Shown: positions 9,445-20,003 of the stretch, piece after piece
How positions within the stretch are numbered: the stretch's first letter is position 1
How the letters are laid out: every line of letters starts with the position of its first letter
DNA from: Thermoplasmata archaeon
Lineage (GTDB): Archaea; Thermoplasmatota; Thermoplasmata; Thermoplasmatales; Thermoplasmataceae
DNA: 64,000 nucleotides
Direction: 5' to 3'
Assembly: GCA_021846395.1 (NCBI GenBank)
Contig: JAJZXB010000006.1
Location: 26,271 to 90,270 of the forward strand
Position numbers and translations under genes: made by a program
The notes under the pieces: generated by a model
What the model saw: only the letters and a program-made list of their open reading frames with translations
Told to the model about the DNA's origin: nothing
The model's database searches: none

Positions 9445-9873
9445 TTAATCCGAATTCATTTCATAGTCTTTTCCATTTATTGTGTAATAGTATGATACTG
9501 GCACTCCTGCATTCTTTACCATTAATGAAACAGAACAGTATTTGGTCATGGAGAGACTTACGGCTTTATTAACATCCTCAGGCTTCACATCACCGTTAAA
9601 AATGTAATGTATTTTGGCATATTTTAAAATTTTTGGATGCTCATCTCTTTTTTCACCTTCTATTTCGCATCTATAGCTTTCTATACTGTTTTTCATTTTC
9701 ATGATTATATTCAGAACGTCATCGCTTGAGCAGGCACCCATTGCCATTAAAACCATCTCGGTTGGAGAGTGATACTGTTCATCATTTACTATGGAGTTTT
9801 TAATTTTTATCTGATTTTTCCCATCATCGGATATAAAGCCAATTTTATCATCAAATTTAAATGATACTTTCAT
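9445..9873 (-). CDS. OsmC/Ohr family peroxiredoxin-like protein
   Basis: 142 aa with conserved Cys motifs (AMGACS, KYCSVS) of OsmC-like proteins. Confidence 0.8.
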   Translation of the reverse strand: MKVSFKFDDKIGFISDDGKNQIKIKNSIVNDEQYHSPTEMVLMAMGACSSDDVLNIIMKMKNSIESYRCEIEGEKRDEHPKILKYAKIHYIFNGDVKPEDVNKAVSLSMTKYCSVSLMVKNAGVPVSYYYTINGKDYEMNSD

Positions 9874-9903
9874 ATAATGGAATTTTAATCGTTTATATAA
9901 ATA

Positions 9904-10488
9904 TTAGCCGTTAATAAATTTTGAAATAATTTCTTTAATAACACTATCTGAAATTCCAGTCATTTTTGACACATCTTCAATATCCATTGTATCAATGAAT
10001 ATATTGACTATTTTTTTATCAAAATCATTCAGATTATCCGCTAACAATTTTAATTTTTCAATTATTTTATCCTTGAATTCAATCAGTTCATTCCTCTTGT
10101 TTTCAAGTTCCTCAATTTCGTTATTTATATCCTGTAAATTCAATAAAAGATCGTTAACATTTTCAGGTAATTTTACGTCATTTTCATAGGAAATATCCAT
10201 TTTCTTAATTTCCATAAAATTTTTGGAATAATCTATTATTATGGTTGAAAATCCCTGAGATTTATATATCTTTCTGGATGCCCCTATATTTGATTTTACC
10301 AGCCCATTGGATGATACAAGTCCAAATTTTTCCAGAAGTTCAAGCTGCTTATTTATTGCCTGCTGTGAAACACCTATCATTTTACTCAGTTCTAGAGCGT
10401 ATGAGTCGTAATTTGCTAGCATTTTCAATAATTCTCTTCTCGTATTATTTTCTAGTGCAGCTAAAATATCCCACAGATCATCTTCCAA
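9904..10488 (-). CDS. winged-HTH (ArsR/TrmB-like) transcriptional regulator with coiled-coil
   Basis: N-terminal wHTH (NNTRRELLKML...YALELSKMIGVSQQAINKQLELLEKFGLV) followed by a heptad-like E/K/L-rich segment. Confidence 0.5.
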   Translation of the reverse strand: MEDDLWDILAALENNTRRELLKMLANYDSYALELSKMIGVSQQAINKQLELLEKFGLVSSNGLVKSNIGASRKIYKSQGFSTIIIDYSKNFMEIKKMDISYENDVKLPENVNDLLLNLQDINNEIEELENKRNELIEFKDKIIEKLKLLADNLNDFDKKIVNIFIDTMDIEDVSKMTGISDSVIKEIISKFING

Positions 10489-10515
10489 AAAATCACCTTT
10501 AAAATAAAAAAATAT

Positions 10516-11055
10516 TTAGTCTATCTTTACCGTTTTGCCTGAACTTTTTCCCTTAACTTTTTCAAGGGTAACGTCAAGTACACCATTTGTAAATTTGGCC
10601 ACTGCACTGTTAACATTTACGGGATTGCTGAAATCAACGTTTTTATAGTATTTCCTTGATGCATTTTCAACTGAAAGCTCCATGTTGTTATCATTTATTG
10701 TTAATTTTATATCTGATTTATCGACTCCAGGCAATTCGTAAGTAATGTAGACGTTCTTGTCATCCTCATTTATATCAGTTAATGGTTCTCTGTAACCTTC
10801 CTTTGCACTCTCGCCAACGCGGGACCTGTTTCTGGGCATATTCCCAAATTCCTGAAATGATGGCTTTCCATCAGGCCCTACTTTATAAGTAAAACCGTAT
10901 ACGTATGGACCCATTATTTTAGATGTGTCTGTTCCATTCATTACTGACTCCCAGAATCTAGCAATTTCATTGTTTATTCTTTTCATATCGAAGCCAAATT
11001 CATTGTACAGGTCATCAAAAATATCGTCCCAATCATCATTTTTTTTGTCTCCCAT
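10516..11055 (-). CDS. small heat-shock protein (Hsp20/alpha-crystallin)
   Basis: Alpha-crystallin domain (VYITYELPGVDKSDIKL...GVLDVTLEK). Confidence 0.85.
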   Translation of the reverse strand: MGDKKNDDWDDIFDDLYNEFGFDMKRINNEIARFWESVMNGTDTSKIMGPYVYGFTYKVGPDGKPSFQEFGNMPRNRSRVGESAKEGYREPLTDINEDDKNVYITYELPGVDKSDIKLTINDNNMELSVENASRKYYKNVDFSNPVNVNSAVAKFTNGVLDVTLEKVKGKSSGKTVKID

Positions 11056-11159
11056 TTATTTCACCTCGGTTGACAACCTTTAGTTGTCAACCTATATATA
11101 ACATAATAATATTTAAATATTTCTATTAATTGCCTGTGAATAAAACAAATCTGGTTATG

Positions 11160-11678
11160 TTAGTCTTCCCCTGTTTTGTGAATGTAAAATGTTCCAATCA
11201 TGGATGCTATTTCATCATCTGATATCGTGAATTTTCTTATTTTTATGTCGCTTTCCAGCAACATTAATTTTGCAAGATCGTCCGGATATCCCTCAGCGTA
11301 TATTATCTCATCAATATGTGCATTCATCAACATTTTAGAGCACACAACACATGGATGCGTGGTTACATATATTTTGGCATTCTTTATGCCTACACCATTT
11401 ACAGCGGCTTCTATAATGGCATTCTGCTCCGCATGAAGTCCTCTGCAAAGCTCATGTCTTTCTCCAGATGGAACGTCCAGTTCGTCTCTTATGCACCCAA
11501 CAATATCGCAATTTACTGAATGAACTGGTGGTCCATTATAGCCGGTTGCCATAACCTGATTGTCCCTGACAATAACAGCACCAACTTTTCTTCTGGTACA
11601 ATTTGATCGGGAGGCGGCAAGATACGCCATTCTCATAAAATATTGATCCCAGGTTGGCCTTTTATACTCAGCTTCCAT
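11160..11678 (-). CDS. dCMP/cytidine deaminase family protein
   Basis: Zinc ligands HAEQNAI and PCVVCSK (CDA fold). Confidence 0.8.
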   Translation of the reverse strand: MEAEYKRPTWDQYFMRMAYLAASRSNCTRRKVGAVIVRDNQVMATGYNGPPVHSVNCDIVGCIRDELDVPSGERHELCRGLHAEQNAIIEAAVNGVGIKNAKIYVTTHPCVVCSKMLMNAHIDEIIYAEGYPDDLAKLMLLESDIKIRKFTISDDEIASMIGTFYIHKTGED

Positions 11679-11891
11679 TGTTCAAAATCTCTTCAATAGA
11701 TATAAATATTATTTACTGAGATTATTGACAAGTTATATAAATAAAAAATATTTTTTTCCTATATCGGAAATGATTTAAATATCATGCACGTAGATCTATC
11801 AACATCTGGGCTCTCCATCATTACATTCGAGGGGGGAACTTTGTATTTACAGAAGTTTTGGCAAATTCATTCAAAAATAAACATTTTAGAA

Positions 11892-12536
11892 CTAAATGCT
11901 GAACATATTGTTGGTATATTTCAAAAGCCCTATTTTTACAAGACCTTTCAGAACAGCATTTAAATCTATAGACTCAACGTTTAAATTATAATTCTCCCTC
12001 AAAAGTTGAGATATGGAATCCAGTGGTCTGGGGATGTCCAGAAATTTTTTGGAAAGGTTATAGGTATCTTCATAAGCATTCCATGGAAATACAAACCATG
12101 CCCAATTATCCTTGGTTATTCCCTGACCATAGTAATCCGGAACATAGGATGAACTATTTACATAAAGCATGGATGCCGTTTTTATTTCTTTTGGATTCAG
12201 GGATTTGAGATATTCATATGCAATCTTCATGCTTTCACCCGTGTCTGTTATATCATCAACAAGCAATACTTTTTTATTCTCCAAATTATGATTTAGCTTT
12301 CCGGCAAGGATGGCCTTTCCATCCATTGTTGCAGTCAGTCCCCAGTGTTCCGTTTTGATCGATAAAAGATCCTTGATCAGCAAATAATCAGAGATCATTC
12401 TTGCGGGAACAAGCCCTCCCCTTGCTATACCTATGATTATTTCCGGCATAAAATTGTCCTCTACAAGCATATTCCTGATTTTCAAAGTCCATTCTTCGAT
12501 ATTATTCCATGACACATATGTTGCTTTAAATTCCAT
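11892..12536 (-). CDS. purine phosphoribosyltransferase-like protein with C-terminal extension
   Basis: PRPP-binding motif VLLVDDITDTGES. Start trimmed to the internal Met (MEFKATYV). About 70 extra C-terminal residues relative to typical HPRT. Confidence 0.6.
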   Translation of the reverse strand: MEFKATYVSWNNIEEWTLKIRNMLVEDNFMPEIIIGIARGGLVPARMISDYLLIKDLLSIKTEHWGLTATMDGKAILAGKLNHNLENKKVLLVDDITDTGESMKIAYEYLKSLNPKEIKTASMLYVNSSSYVPDYYGQGITKDNWAWFVFPWNAYEDTYNLSKKFLDIPRPLDSISQLLRENYNLNVESIDLNAVLKGLVKIGLLKYTNNMFSI

Positions 12537-12668
12537 TATTATCCATAGATAAATAAACAGTGATATTTTAAAATTTGTTACTTTTTTTAAAATCATTAAC
12601 TTTAAAAAACAAATGCTTATTAAATTTCCACATGGAAATATTTAATATACAAGTTTACATAAAATATC

Positions 12669-13826
12669 ATGGATTTTTCATTCAGTGAAGAAAATGAAAT
12701 GATAAGGGATAATACAAGAAAATTTCTTGAGAAGAACCTTCTACCATATGTAAATGATATAGACAAAAACGAAAAGATACCTGTGGATTTCTTTAAAAAC
12801 GCCGGAAAAAACGGGATTATTTCACCACTAATAGATAATTCTTTTGGGGGTCCGGGATTATCATTTATCGATTCAACAGTAATATCTGAAGAAATTGCAA
12901 AAATCGATACCAGCATGGCTACATCTGTTTATTATTTATTGAATACATCCTGGGCATATATACTCCAAAAATACGGAAATGAAGAATTGAAAGGAAAAAT
13001 TCTGCCGGAAATTGCCTCTGGAGATAAATTTATTGGAATAGCTTCTACTGAACCTTCAGGAGGCAGTGATGTGGCAAATATAAAAACTTCAGGGGAAATA
13101 AAAAATCACAACCTCATAATTAATGGTGAAAAAACATACATAAGTGGTGCCATTGAGGCAAAAAACAATGGAGGGGGTCACCTAACTCTTGTAAAAACTG
13201 ATGCATCGTCAGGGCATAGGGGCATAACAATGGTGTATGTACCTGCTGACTCTCCAGGAATCAGCATAAATAAACTCGAAAATATGGGAAGAATGGGAAT
13301 TTCAACATCATCAATAACATATAATAATGTGGAAATACCTGAAGAGAATATTATCGGAGAGATAAATAAGGGTTTTTATTATTCAATGGATGGATTTAAT
13401 CATGCCAGAATATTGGTGGCAGCGGCATGCAACGGCTTATCTGATATGATGCTTGAAAGTGGATTAAATTATATAAATCAAAGGAAGGCATTTAACAAGT
13501 ATCTAAAGGACTTTCAAGGCATATCGTTCAAATTCTCTGAATTAAAAACAGATCTTGAAATGGTAAAACTTTTGACTTATAAGGCGGCATACCTCGCAGA
13601 CGTGGATTCAAATGATCTTTATATTTACAGTGCCATGGCAAAATACAGGGCACCTCAAATAGCCCTGGAAATTGTAAAAAATGTCATGATGTGGTTTGGT
13701 GCATATGGCTATACAAAGGATGCAGGCATAGAAAAAAGTGCCAGAGGAATATTCAGCTATCTTGTTGGCGCTGAAGGAGCCCTGAATGTAATGGAAATTA
13801 TTGTGTCCAGAGCCTTTATGAAATAA
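12669..13826 (+). CDS. acyl-CoA dehydrogenase
   Basis: 385 aa with N-terminal alpha, middle beta-barrel and C-terminal alpha domain pattern typical of ACADs. Confidence 0.85.
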   Translation: MDFSFSEENEMIRDNTRKFLEKNLLPYVNDIDKNEKIPVDFFKNAGKNGIISPLIDNSFGGPGLSFIDSTVISEEIAKIDTSMATSVYYLLNTSWAYILQKYGNEELKGKILPEIASGDKFIGIASTEPSGGSDVANIKTSGEIKNHNLIINGEKTYISGAIEAKNNGGGHLTLVKTDASSGHRGITMVYVPADSPGISINKLENMGRMGISTSSITYNNVEIPEENIIGEINKGFYYSMDGFNHARILVAAACNGLSDMMLESGLNYINQRKAFNKYLKDFQGISFKFSELKTDLEMVKLLTYKAAYLADVDSNDLYIYSAMAKYRAPQIALEIVKNVMMWFGAYGYTKDAGIEKSARGIFSYLVGAEGALNVMEIIVSRAFMK

Positions 13827-13827
13827 T

Positions 13828-14205
13828 TTATGATATTTCCTTTACAATATCGCTGTAAAGGCTTTCAATATTTTTTAAAATATCCATTTCCTTAAGGTTG
13901 AATTTTTCGAATTCTGAAACTTTAAAATATGACAGCATTGTTTTGTTCTTGTCCTCATATATCAACAATTTTAATGGTAATTTCAATCCCATCAGCCTTG
14001 AATCCTGCATTAATAACGTTCCGGCTTTTGGATTTCCAAAAATAAATAATACTGTACTCTCAAGCTTTAGCCCGACATTATCTGCTGAACCTGCATGATC
14101 AATGACACAGAATATTCTGATGCCAATTTTCTCAATATAATTCTTTACTCTTCTAACCGTTTCCTGAAAACCATATTTACTTTCAGCCGACATAATATTT
14201 TCCAT
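13828..14205 (-). CDS. DUF302 family protein
   Basis: Core ...FCVIDHA...GNPKAGTLLM...GLKLPLKLLIYED matches the DUF302 pattern. Start chosen at the internal Met; the ORF extends to 14265. Confidence 0.55.
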   Translation of the reverse strand: MENIMSAESKYGFQETVRRVKNYIEKIGIRIFCVIDHAGSADNVGLKLESTVLFIFGNPKAGTLLMQDSRLMGLKLPLKLLIYEDKNKTMLSYFKVSEFEKFNLKEMDILKNIESLYSDIVKEIS

Positions 14206-14531
14206 AGAATGCCATACCGAAACAATATTAAAGTTTTTTATTGTGCATTCAGAGAGTATTATCACCGATATAGTTTTTAACTATTTTTTTCAACTGTATC
14301 AACCTGTCATCGGGCCCATCTACCTTGTCAAACGTGAGGCAATGCAATGTAATCTCACAGTCAGTACTGCCAACCTTAATTAAAACTATCAATGGATCCT
14401 CGTTTTTTTGACATATAAAGATATTATCTATAAATAAAAAAGATTATCTAAAAAATTGCAATTGAGGACATAAAAATATATAAATAAAATGTTATATATC
14501 AGTAAAAAATATAGTAAAAAGGTGCTTATTA

Positions 14532-14813
14532 ATGAAAATGCCAAAACAAATAAAGACTTACTGTCCATATTGTAAAAAACATACTGTTCATGATGTGGAA
14601 AGAGTTCGTAAAAGAAAAGCCAGCGAATTAAGGGCGGGTCAGAGAAGATTCAGGAGAGTTACATCTGGTTATGGAGGTTTCCCAAGACCTAGATATGAGG
14701 GGAGAGAAAAGCCCACGAAGAGAATTGCTTTGAGATTAAAATGCACACAGTGCAAGAAATCCATTACGCCAGCAACACAGAGAGCCAAGAAGTTTGAAAT
14801 TGTCGAGGTGTGA
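14532..14813 (+). CDS. rpl44e: 50S ribosomal protein L44e (eL42)
   Basis: [13 protein letters not shown]...KCTQCKK zinc-ribbon r-protein. Preceded by a GGTG SD and an AT-rich TATA-like stretch. Confidence 0.9.
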   Translation: MKMPKQIKTYCPYCKKHTVHDVERVRKRKASELRAGQRRFRRVTSGYGGFPRPRYEGREKPTKRIALRLKCTQCKKSITPATQRAKKFEIVEV

Positions 14814-15016
14814 GAATGGCAGATGAATTTCATAAATTAAAAAATGTTGATAGTTCCTTTGTGAAAATAAAATGCAAAAATTGTGGAAATGAGCAGATTA
14901 TTTATTCAAAAATATCATCAACAGTTGTTTGCAATATATGTGGCTCCACACTGGCAAAACCAACGGGATCCACACTTGAAACCTCAGGGGAGCTTGCAGG
15001 AACTGTAAAGCTGTGA
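14810..15016 (+). CDS. rps27e: 30S ribosomal protein S27e (eS27)
   Basis: C4 zinc finger KCKNCGN...VCNICGS; 4-nt overlap with L44e. Confidence 0.85.
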   Translation: MRMADEFHKLKNVDSSFVKIKCKNCGNEQIIYSKISSTVVCNICGSTLAKPTGSTLETSGELAGTVKL

Positions 15017-15025
15017 GGTTAAAAA

Positions 15026-15784
15026 ATGCCTAAAAATATCCCGGATGTCGGGGACCTTGTTGTTGTAACGGTTAAAGAGGTTAAAAATTACGGCGCCATA
15101 GTATATCTAGATGAATACGGTGGCATATCTGGATTTGTTCATATTACCGAGGTTGCAACCGGATGGATAAAACACATTAAAGATTATTTAAGAGTTAACC
15201 AGAGAACTGTATGCAAGGTATTGAATGTTGATAAAAGCAGAAATCATGTTGACCTTTCATTGAAAAGAGTAAATGACCATCAAAAAAGGGAGAAAATAGA
15301 GGAATGGAAAAATGAACAGAAAGCGTACAAGTTGCTGGATATGCTTTTTGAGGAATCAAATATTCATGAGAATAATGAAAAACTTTCCATTGAAGACATG
15401 CTAATATCCGAATATGGAACAATATATGATGCGTTTTATGATGCAGCATCAAATAAAGATTTTTTCAATGACGTTGATATTAAATGGAAAGAAAATTTCA
15501 TAAATATTGCAAAGAATAATATAACCATACCAATGGTAAAGATCGGCGGCTATATGGAAATGTATTCCCTTGCGTCAAATGGTATATGCCTTATCAAGGA
15601 TGTACTTGCATCTGTTAAAAATGATAGTGTTGAAATAATATATGTTGGAGCACCAAAATATAAAATATCCGTAACAGGAGAGGATTACAAATACGCAGAG
15701 GATGTGTTAAAAAACACACTTGAAAATGTTGGAAATCAAAGCAAGAAAAATAATATTTATTTTAACTTTGAAAGAGAGGAATAA
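15026..15784 (+). CDS. eif2a: translation initiation factor 2 alpha subunit (aIF2alpha)
   Basis: N-terminal S1 domain (GDLVVVTVKEVKNYGAIVYLDEYGGISGFVHITEV). Conserved L44e-S27e-aIF2a-Nop10 order. Confidence 0.9.
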   Translation: MPKNIPDVGDLVVVTVKEVKNYGAIVYLDEYGGISGFVHITEVATGWIKHIKDYLRVNQRTVCKVLNVDKSRNHVDLSLKRVNDHQKREKIEEWKNEQKAYKLLDMLFEESNIHENNEKLSIEDMLISEYGTIYDAFYDAASNKDFFNDVDIKWKENFINIAKNNITIPMVKIGGYMEMYSLASNGICLIKDVLASVKNDSVEIIYVGAPKYKISVTGEDYKYAEDVLKNTLENVGNQSKKNNIYFNFEREE

Positions 15785-15790
15785 AGCATA

Positions 15791-15979
15791 ATGAAAACAT
15801 TAATAAGAAAATGTAAATATTGTAATATTTACACCATGGAGGAAAAATGCCCCAGATGTGGTAATGAAACATATATGGCATTACCGATGAGGTATTCACC
15901 TGCAGACAAATTCCAGAAATATAGGATAAAATTACTGGGAGGTAATGAAAATGGAAAAGATAATAATAAAGAATTATGA
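15791..15979 (+). CDS. nop10: H/ACA RNP protein Nop10
   Basis: CKYC...CPRCG zinc ribbon followed by the P(M/L)RYSP.DK motif. Confidence 0.85.
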   Translation: MKTLIRKCKYCNIYTMEEKCPRCGNETYMALPMRYSPADKFQKYRIKLLGGNENGKDNNKEL

Positions 15980-16703
15980 AGATGCAGAATTAAATTCGCC
16001 CATATTGATAAGTGGACTGCCAGGGATTGGCAATGTTGGCAAAATAGCAGCAGATTATTTTATAGAAAAATTAAAAATGAAAAAAATAGCAGATATTTTT
16101 TCCGAATATTTGCCACCACAGGTTTTCCTTTTTAACAGCACAGTGCACCTTGTAAGGGATTCAATTTATTATAAAAAAACAGGAAAAAAGAATGATCTTA
16201 TCTTCCTTGCGGGGGATTTTCAGGGCACCACACAGGAAGGACAGTATGAATTGTCCTATAAAATAATGGAATTTCTGGAAAAATATAATATCTCAAAAAT
16301 ATATACCCTTGGCGGGTATAGCATAGGAAAAATTGTGGAAACTCCAAAAGTTCTTGGGGCAGTAAGTGATAAAAAACTTATGAAACCTCTTGAAAATGCG
16401 GGAATTTCGTTTCCAAAGGGAGAGCCAAGTGGCGGAATTGTTGGATCTGCAGGGCTTATTCTTGGGCTAGGAAAGGAGATATTTTCAATTGATGGAGCGT
16501 GCCTTATGGGTGAAACTTCGGGATATTTTGCAGACCCAAAGGGAGCTAAACAGATCATTGAGGTTTTATCAAAAATACTTAAAACAAAAATAGATTTAAA
16601 GGATATAGATGAAAAGGCAAAACAGATAGAAGAAATCACAGAGAAAATGAAGGAAGAATCAAAAAATAAGACAACAAAGGAAGACTTAAATTATTTCGGA
16701 TAA
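15945..16703 (+). CDS. PAC2-family (proteasome-assembly-chaperone-like, COG1938) protein
   Basis: 252 aa; the N-terminal segment LISGLPGIGNVGKIAADYF matches this family. It lies in the position conserved after nop10 in archaea and overlaps nop10 by 35 nt. Confidence 0.55.
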   Translation: MKMEKIIIKNYEDAELNSPILISGLPGIGNVGKIAADYFIEKLKMKKIADIFSEYLPPQVFLFNSTVHLVRDSIYYKKTGKKNDLIFLAGDFQGTTQEGQYELSYKIMEFLEKYNISKIYTLGGYSIGKIVETPKVLGAVSDKKLMKPLENAGISFPKGEPSGGIVGSAGLILGLGKEIFSIDGACLMGETSGYFADPKGAKQIIEVLSKILKTKIDLKDIDEKAKQIEEITEKMKEESKNKTTKEDLNYFG

Positions 16704-16940
16704 ACCGGCTACAGCCCATTCAAAGGGGAATTTTCCCCACAGGTGTAAAATTTTCAATATTTCTTATTAATCTATAATGGTGTTTATGAACAGTGGAAAT
16801 ACGTATTATGATTATCATTCTGTACCATCAAATGCAACATCCTCTAGTTTTCTCTAAATTTATCATACATGCGTTGAAAATGGCATTATTATTTATTTTC
16901 CACCAGTAAGATTAATTAATACCAATAAATTAATTAATTC

Positions 16941-17702
16941 ATGTATGAAATAAAAGGCAAAACTGCAGTTGTAACAGGATCTGGAAGAGGCATTGGCAGG
17001 GAAATTGCAATTAAACTTGCAAAGCAGGGAGCTCATGTTGTTGTCAATGTTAAAAAACGTGTGGATGATGGAAATGAAACCCTAAAGATGGTCAATGAAT
17101 ACAGCGATGGTATAATGGTTCAAGCCGATGTTTCCACAAGGAAAGGCTGTATTGATCTTGCTGAAAAAACAGTGGAATCATTTGGAAAGGTTCACATTCT
17201 TGTTAATAATGCCGGAATTGGCATAGGTATGCCCTTCCTTGATATGGATGATGAGCTGATAAATAAAATCATTTCAACAAATTTAATGTCAAACATTTAC
17301 TGTTCACAGGAATTTGGAAAAATAATGGAAGACAATGGTTCCATTGTTATGATGGCCTCACTTGCAGGTATAAAACCAATGGCCATGCTATCCCTTTATG
17401 GAATGACCAAAGCAGCAATAATAAAAATGTCTGAATATCTTGCAATTGAATTGGCCCAAAGGCATATACGGGTAAATTCCATAGCACCATCTGTTGTAAA
17501 AACAAAAATGGGTGAAAGCCTTATAGATTTTATGAATATAACTGAGGAGGAATATGAAAAAAGATACACACTTACTGGAAAGATAATAATGCCTGAGGAG
17601 ATTTCTGATGCTGCACTATTCCTTATCAGATCTGAAAGCATTACCGGCCAAACAATGGTTATAGATTCTGGGCAATCAATCACGGGTGGATTTTCTCACT
17701 AA
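16941..17702 (+). CDS. short-chain dehydrogenase/reductase (FabG-like)
   Basis: TGSGRGIGREIA Rossmann motif, NNAG, and catalytic YxxxK (YGMTK). Confidence 0.85.
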   Translation: MYEIKGKTAVVTGSGRGIGREIAIKLAKQGAHVVVNVKKRVDDGNETLKMVNEYSDGIMVQADVSTRKGCIDLAEKTVESFGKVHILVNNAGIGIGMPFLDMDDELINKIISTNLMSNIYCSQEFGKIMEDNGSIVMMASLAGIKPMAMLSLYGMTKAAIIKMSEYLAIELAQRHIRVNSIAPSVVKTKMGESLIDFMNITEEEYEKRYTLTGKIIMPEEISDAALFLIRSESITGQTMVIDSGQSITGGFSH

Positions 17703-17865
17703 AATTTTAACATGAATAACAGTTTTCATGAAATAGTTTTTAACAACTTTATCTAATATTAAATGTAAGGATTTATATCACAATTCTTTCATTGAATTTA
17801 TTTCATGATGCCTCTTCCAAAGGGCTATTTTTTCGGAAAAAAATGAAATAAATTTATATTGCATA

Positions 17866-19371
17866 ATGCTATCTTTGTTTTTAGGTGAATATTTGAATAG
17901 TGGAAATAATGAAAAACCAAATTCTGAAAATGATATAAAAACCATAACTGTGGCTTATGGCGATGGCATAGGGCCGGAGATAATGGATGCCACGCTCAGG
18001 ACCATAATGGCAGCAGGTGCAAAAATTAAAATCGAGACAATTGAGATAGGGGAATCAGTATATAAAAGGGGCATAAGTTCTGGTATAGAGCCATCAGCCT
18101 GGGATAAACTGAGAAAAACAAGAGTTTTTCTAAAAGCCCCCATAACCACTCCTGAGGGTGGAGGGTTTAAAAGCCTCAATGTAACAGTGCGCAAAACACT
18201 TGGATTGTTTGCAAACGTTCGTCCGTGCTTATCGTACTATCCATTTGTCGATACAAAACATCCCAGTATGGATGTAGTAATTGTCAGAGAAAATGAGGAG
18301 GATCTTTATGGTGGAATAGAGCACAGACAGACAGATGAAGTTTACCAGTGCCTGAAACTGATAACCAGACCCGGGTCAGAAAGGGTTATAAGATACGCAT
18401 TTGAATATGCAAAAAGATACAACCGCAAGAAGATCACATGCTTCACAAAGGACAACATAATGAAAATGACTGATGGTCTATTCCATAAGGTTTTTGATGA
18501 GATTGCAATGGAATATCCTGAGATAGAGAGTGAGCACTGGATAGTTGACATAGGAGCTGCAAAGCTTGCCGATACACCGGAAAATTTTGATGTTATCGTC
18601 ATGCCAAATCTCTATGGAGATATACTTTCAGATGTTGCAGCCCAAATTGCAGGTTCGGTTGGGCTTGCTGGCAGTGCTAATATTGGAAGTGATTTTGCTA
18701 TGTTTGAAGCCATACATGGTTCAGCACCGAGAAGGGCTGGGCAAAATGTTGCAAATCCATCAGGCCTTCTCCTTGCAGCTGTTCAGATGCTTGTCCATAT
18801 TGGGCAAGGCAGTGTAGCTGAAAAGGTGCACAATGCATGGCTACGTACAATAGAAGATGGGATCCACACGTATGATATATATGATCCGTCAGTGTCAAAA
18901 GAAAAAGTTGGTACAGTTGAATTTGCAGATGCTATTATTGCACGCCTTGGGGAAAAACCACAGAAACTAAAAGCGGTAACCTATCCTCCAAAGGGCGACC
19001 CAATTACAATAAAACTTAAGGATAGGCAACCAGCTATAAAGGATCTTGTTGGTATTGATGTTTTTCTTGATTGGAGAGGCGATGTTAACGTTCTTGGAAA
19101 AAGTCTGGAAAAAATTGCCCAGCCAGAATTCAAACTGGTCATGATAACAAATAGAGGTACAAAGGTATATCCTGGAGGAGTTCCTGAAACATTTATAGTG
19201 GATCATATGAGATGCCGTTTCCAATCGGCTGAAAATGATACTTCAGTAACAAATCAACAGATCATATCCTTGCTTTCTCGCCTTGTTTCATCTGAATTGC
19301 CTCCCATAAAAACGGAGAATCTTTATACCTTTGATGGACAGCCAGGTTTTTCACTGGGGCAGGGGCAATAA
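17866..19371 (+). CDS. icd: isocitrate dehydrogenase (NADP) family with ~130-aa C-terminal extension
   Basis: GDGIGPEI, SLNVTVRKTLGLFANVRP, NLYGDILSD and GSAPRRAGQN motifs of the IDH/IPMDH fold. Residues about 370-501 are extra. Confidence 0.75.
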   Translation: MLSLFLGEYLNSGNNEKPNSENDIKTITVAYGDGIGPEIMDATLRTIMAAGAKIKIETIEIGESVYKRGISSGIEPSAWDKLRKTRVFLKAPITTPEGGGFKSLNVTVRKTLGLFANVRPCLSYYPFVDTKHPSMDVVIVRENEEDLYGGIEHRQTDEVYQCLKLITRPGSERVIRYAFEYAKRYNRKKITCFTKDNIMKMTDGLFHKVFDEIAMEYPEIESEHWIVDIGAAKLADTPENFDVIVMPNLYGDILSDVAAQIAGSVGLAGSANIGSDFAMFEAIHGSAPRRAGQNVANPSGLLLAAVQMLVHIGQGSVAEKVHNAWLRTIEDGIHTYDIYDPSVSKEKVGTVEFADAIIARLGEKPQKLKAVTYPPKGDPITIKLKDRQPAIKDLVGIDVFLDWRGDVNVLGKSLEKIAQPEFKLVMITNRGTKVYPGGVPETFIVDHMRCRFQSAENDTSVTNQQIISLLSRLVSSELPPIKTENLYTFDGQPGFSLGQGQ

Positions 19372-19571
19372 ATATACCCATAAAAATATATAATTTTTAT
19401 TAAAGGGATTTAGAAAGTTAAATAATTCCACTATTATACTGTATTTTTCTTCGCTGTTGAATCTGCTTTTCATATTAATTATTCCATAATACTGTACAAC
19501 ACATATTCATACATTATTATGATTTTAGCCCTATAGGCATCCAAAATATTAAGATGTACATATAAGATGAG

Positions 19572-20003
19572 TCAAGTTACTTGGCATGGCTCATTTGAAA
19601 CTATATCGGTCTGATTAATTTTGTCTATTTCGCGAAGGCTTTTTGTCTTTGTGGGAATTGTAGAGTTGAACGATGCAATAGATCCGCCCTTTGAGTCCTT
19701 GAGCTCAAGTATGCTACCGTTAATAAGTGTTCCATTATTGACACTGGACTTCAACATGAAGTCAGGGAATTGCTGTGATGAGGAATATTTTATGGCCTCT
19801 TTGAGAGATGGGCATTCGGTATTTTTCCAAAAATCAAATGCAAAGTCTTTTTTTAACCCTTTTCTATCGTCCGCATATGCCATAGCTATACCCGCAGCTC
19901 TTTCAATTATTTCCAGCATATCTGAATCCATGTTTACCTTCCTTCTGTTTATCAGTCTTACGATAGACAGGTAAAGTTCCGAAATATCTTCAAAGGCAAT
20001 CAA
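19572..20003 (-). CDS. candidate Type II restriction endonuclease (PD-(D/E)xK-like)
   Basis: 143 aa, immediately downstream of and overlapping the MTase by 4 nt (ATGA). Contains ...E...FPDF-x19-ELKDSK, compatible with a PD...ExK catalytic motif. Confidence 0.4.
   Translation of the reverse strand: MIAFEDISELYLSIVRLINRRKVNMDSDMLEIIERAAGIAMAYADDRKGLKKDFAFDFWKNTECPSLKEAIKYSSSQQFPDFMLKSSVNNGTLINGSILELKDSKGGSIASFNSTIPTKTKSLREIDKINQTDIVSNEPCQVT

Noticed and set aside
16726-16760. GGGGAA-TT-TTCCCC hairpin followed by a T-rich tract after the PAC2-family gene as an intrinsic terminator
   Set aside because: The stem is only 4-6 bp with a minimal loop, and archaeal termination relies mainly on oligo-T; it is too weak to call.
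19400-19420. aagGGGATTTaGAaag as an att-like direct repeat of the tRNA-Ala 3' end (ccGGGATTTgGAccc) at the far side of the R-M islet
   Set aside because: Only about 9 of 15 positions match, with no longer repeat; it is indistinguishable from chance in AT-rich DNA.
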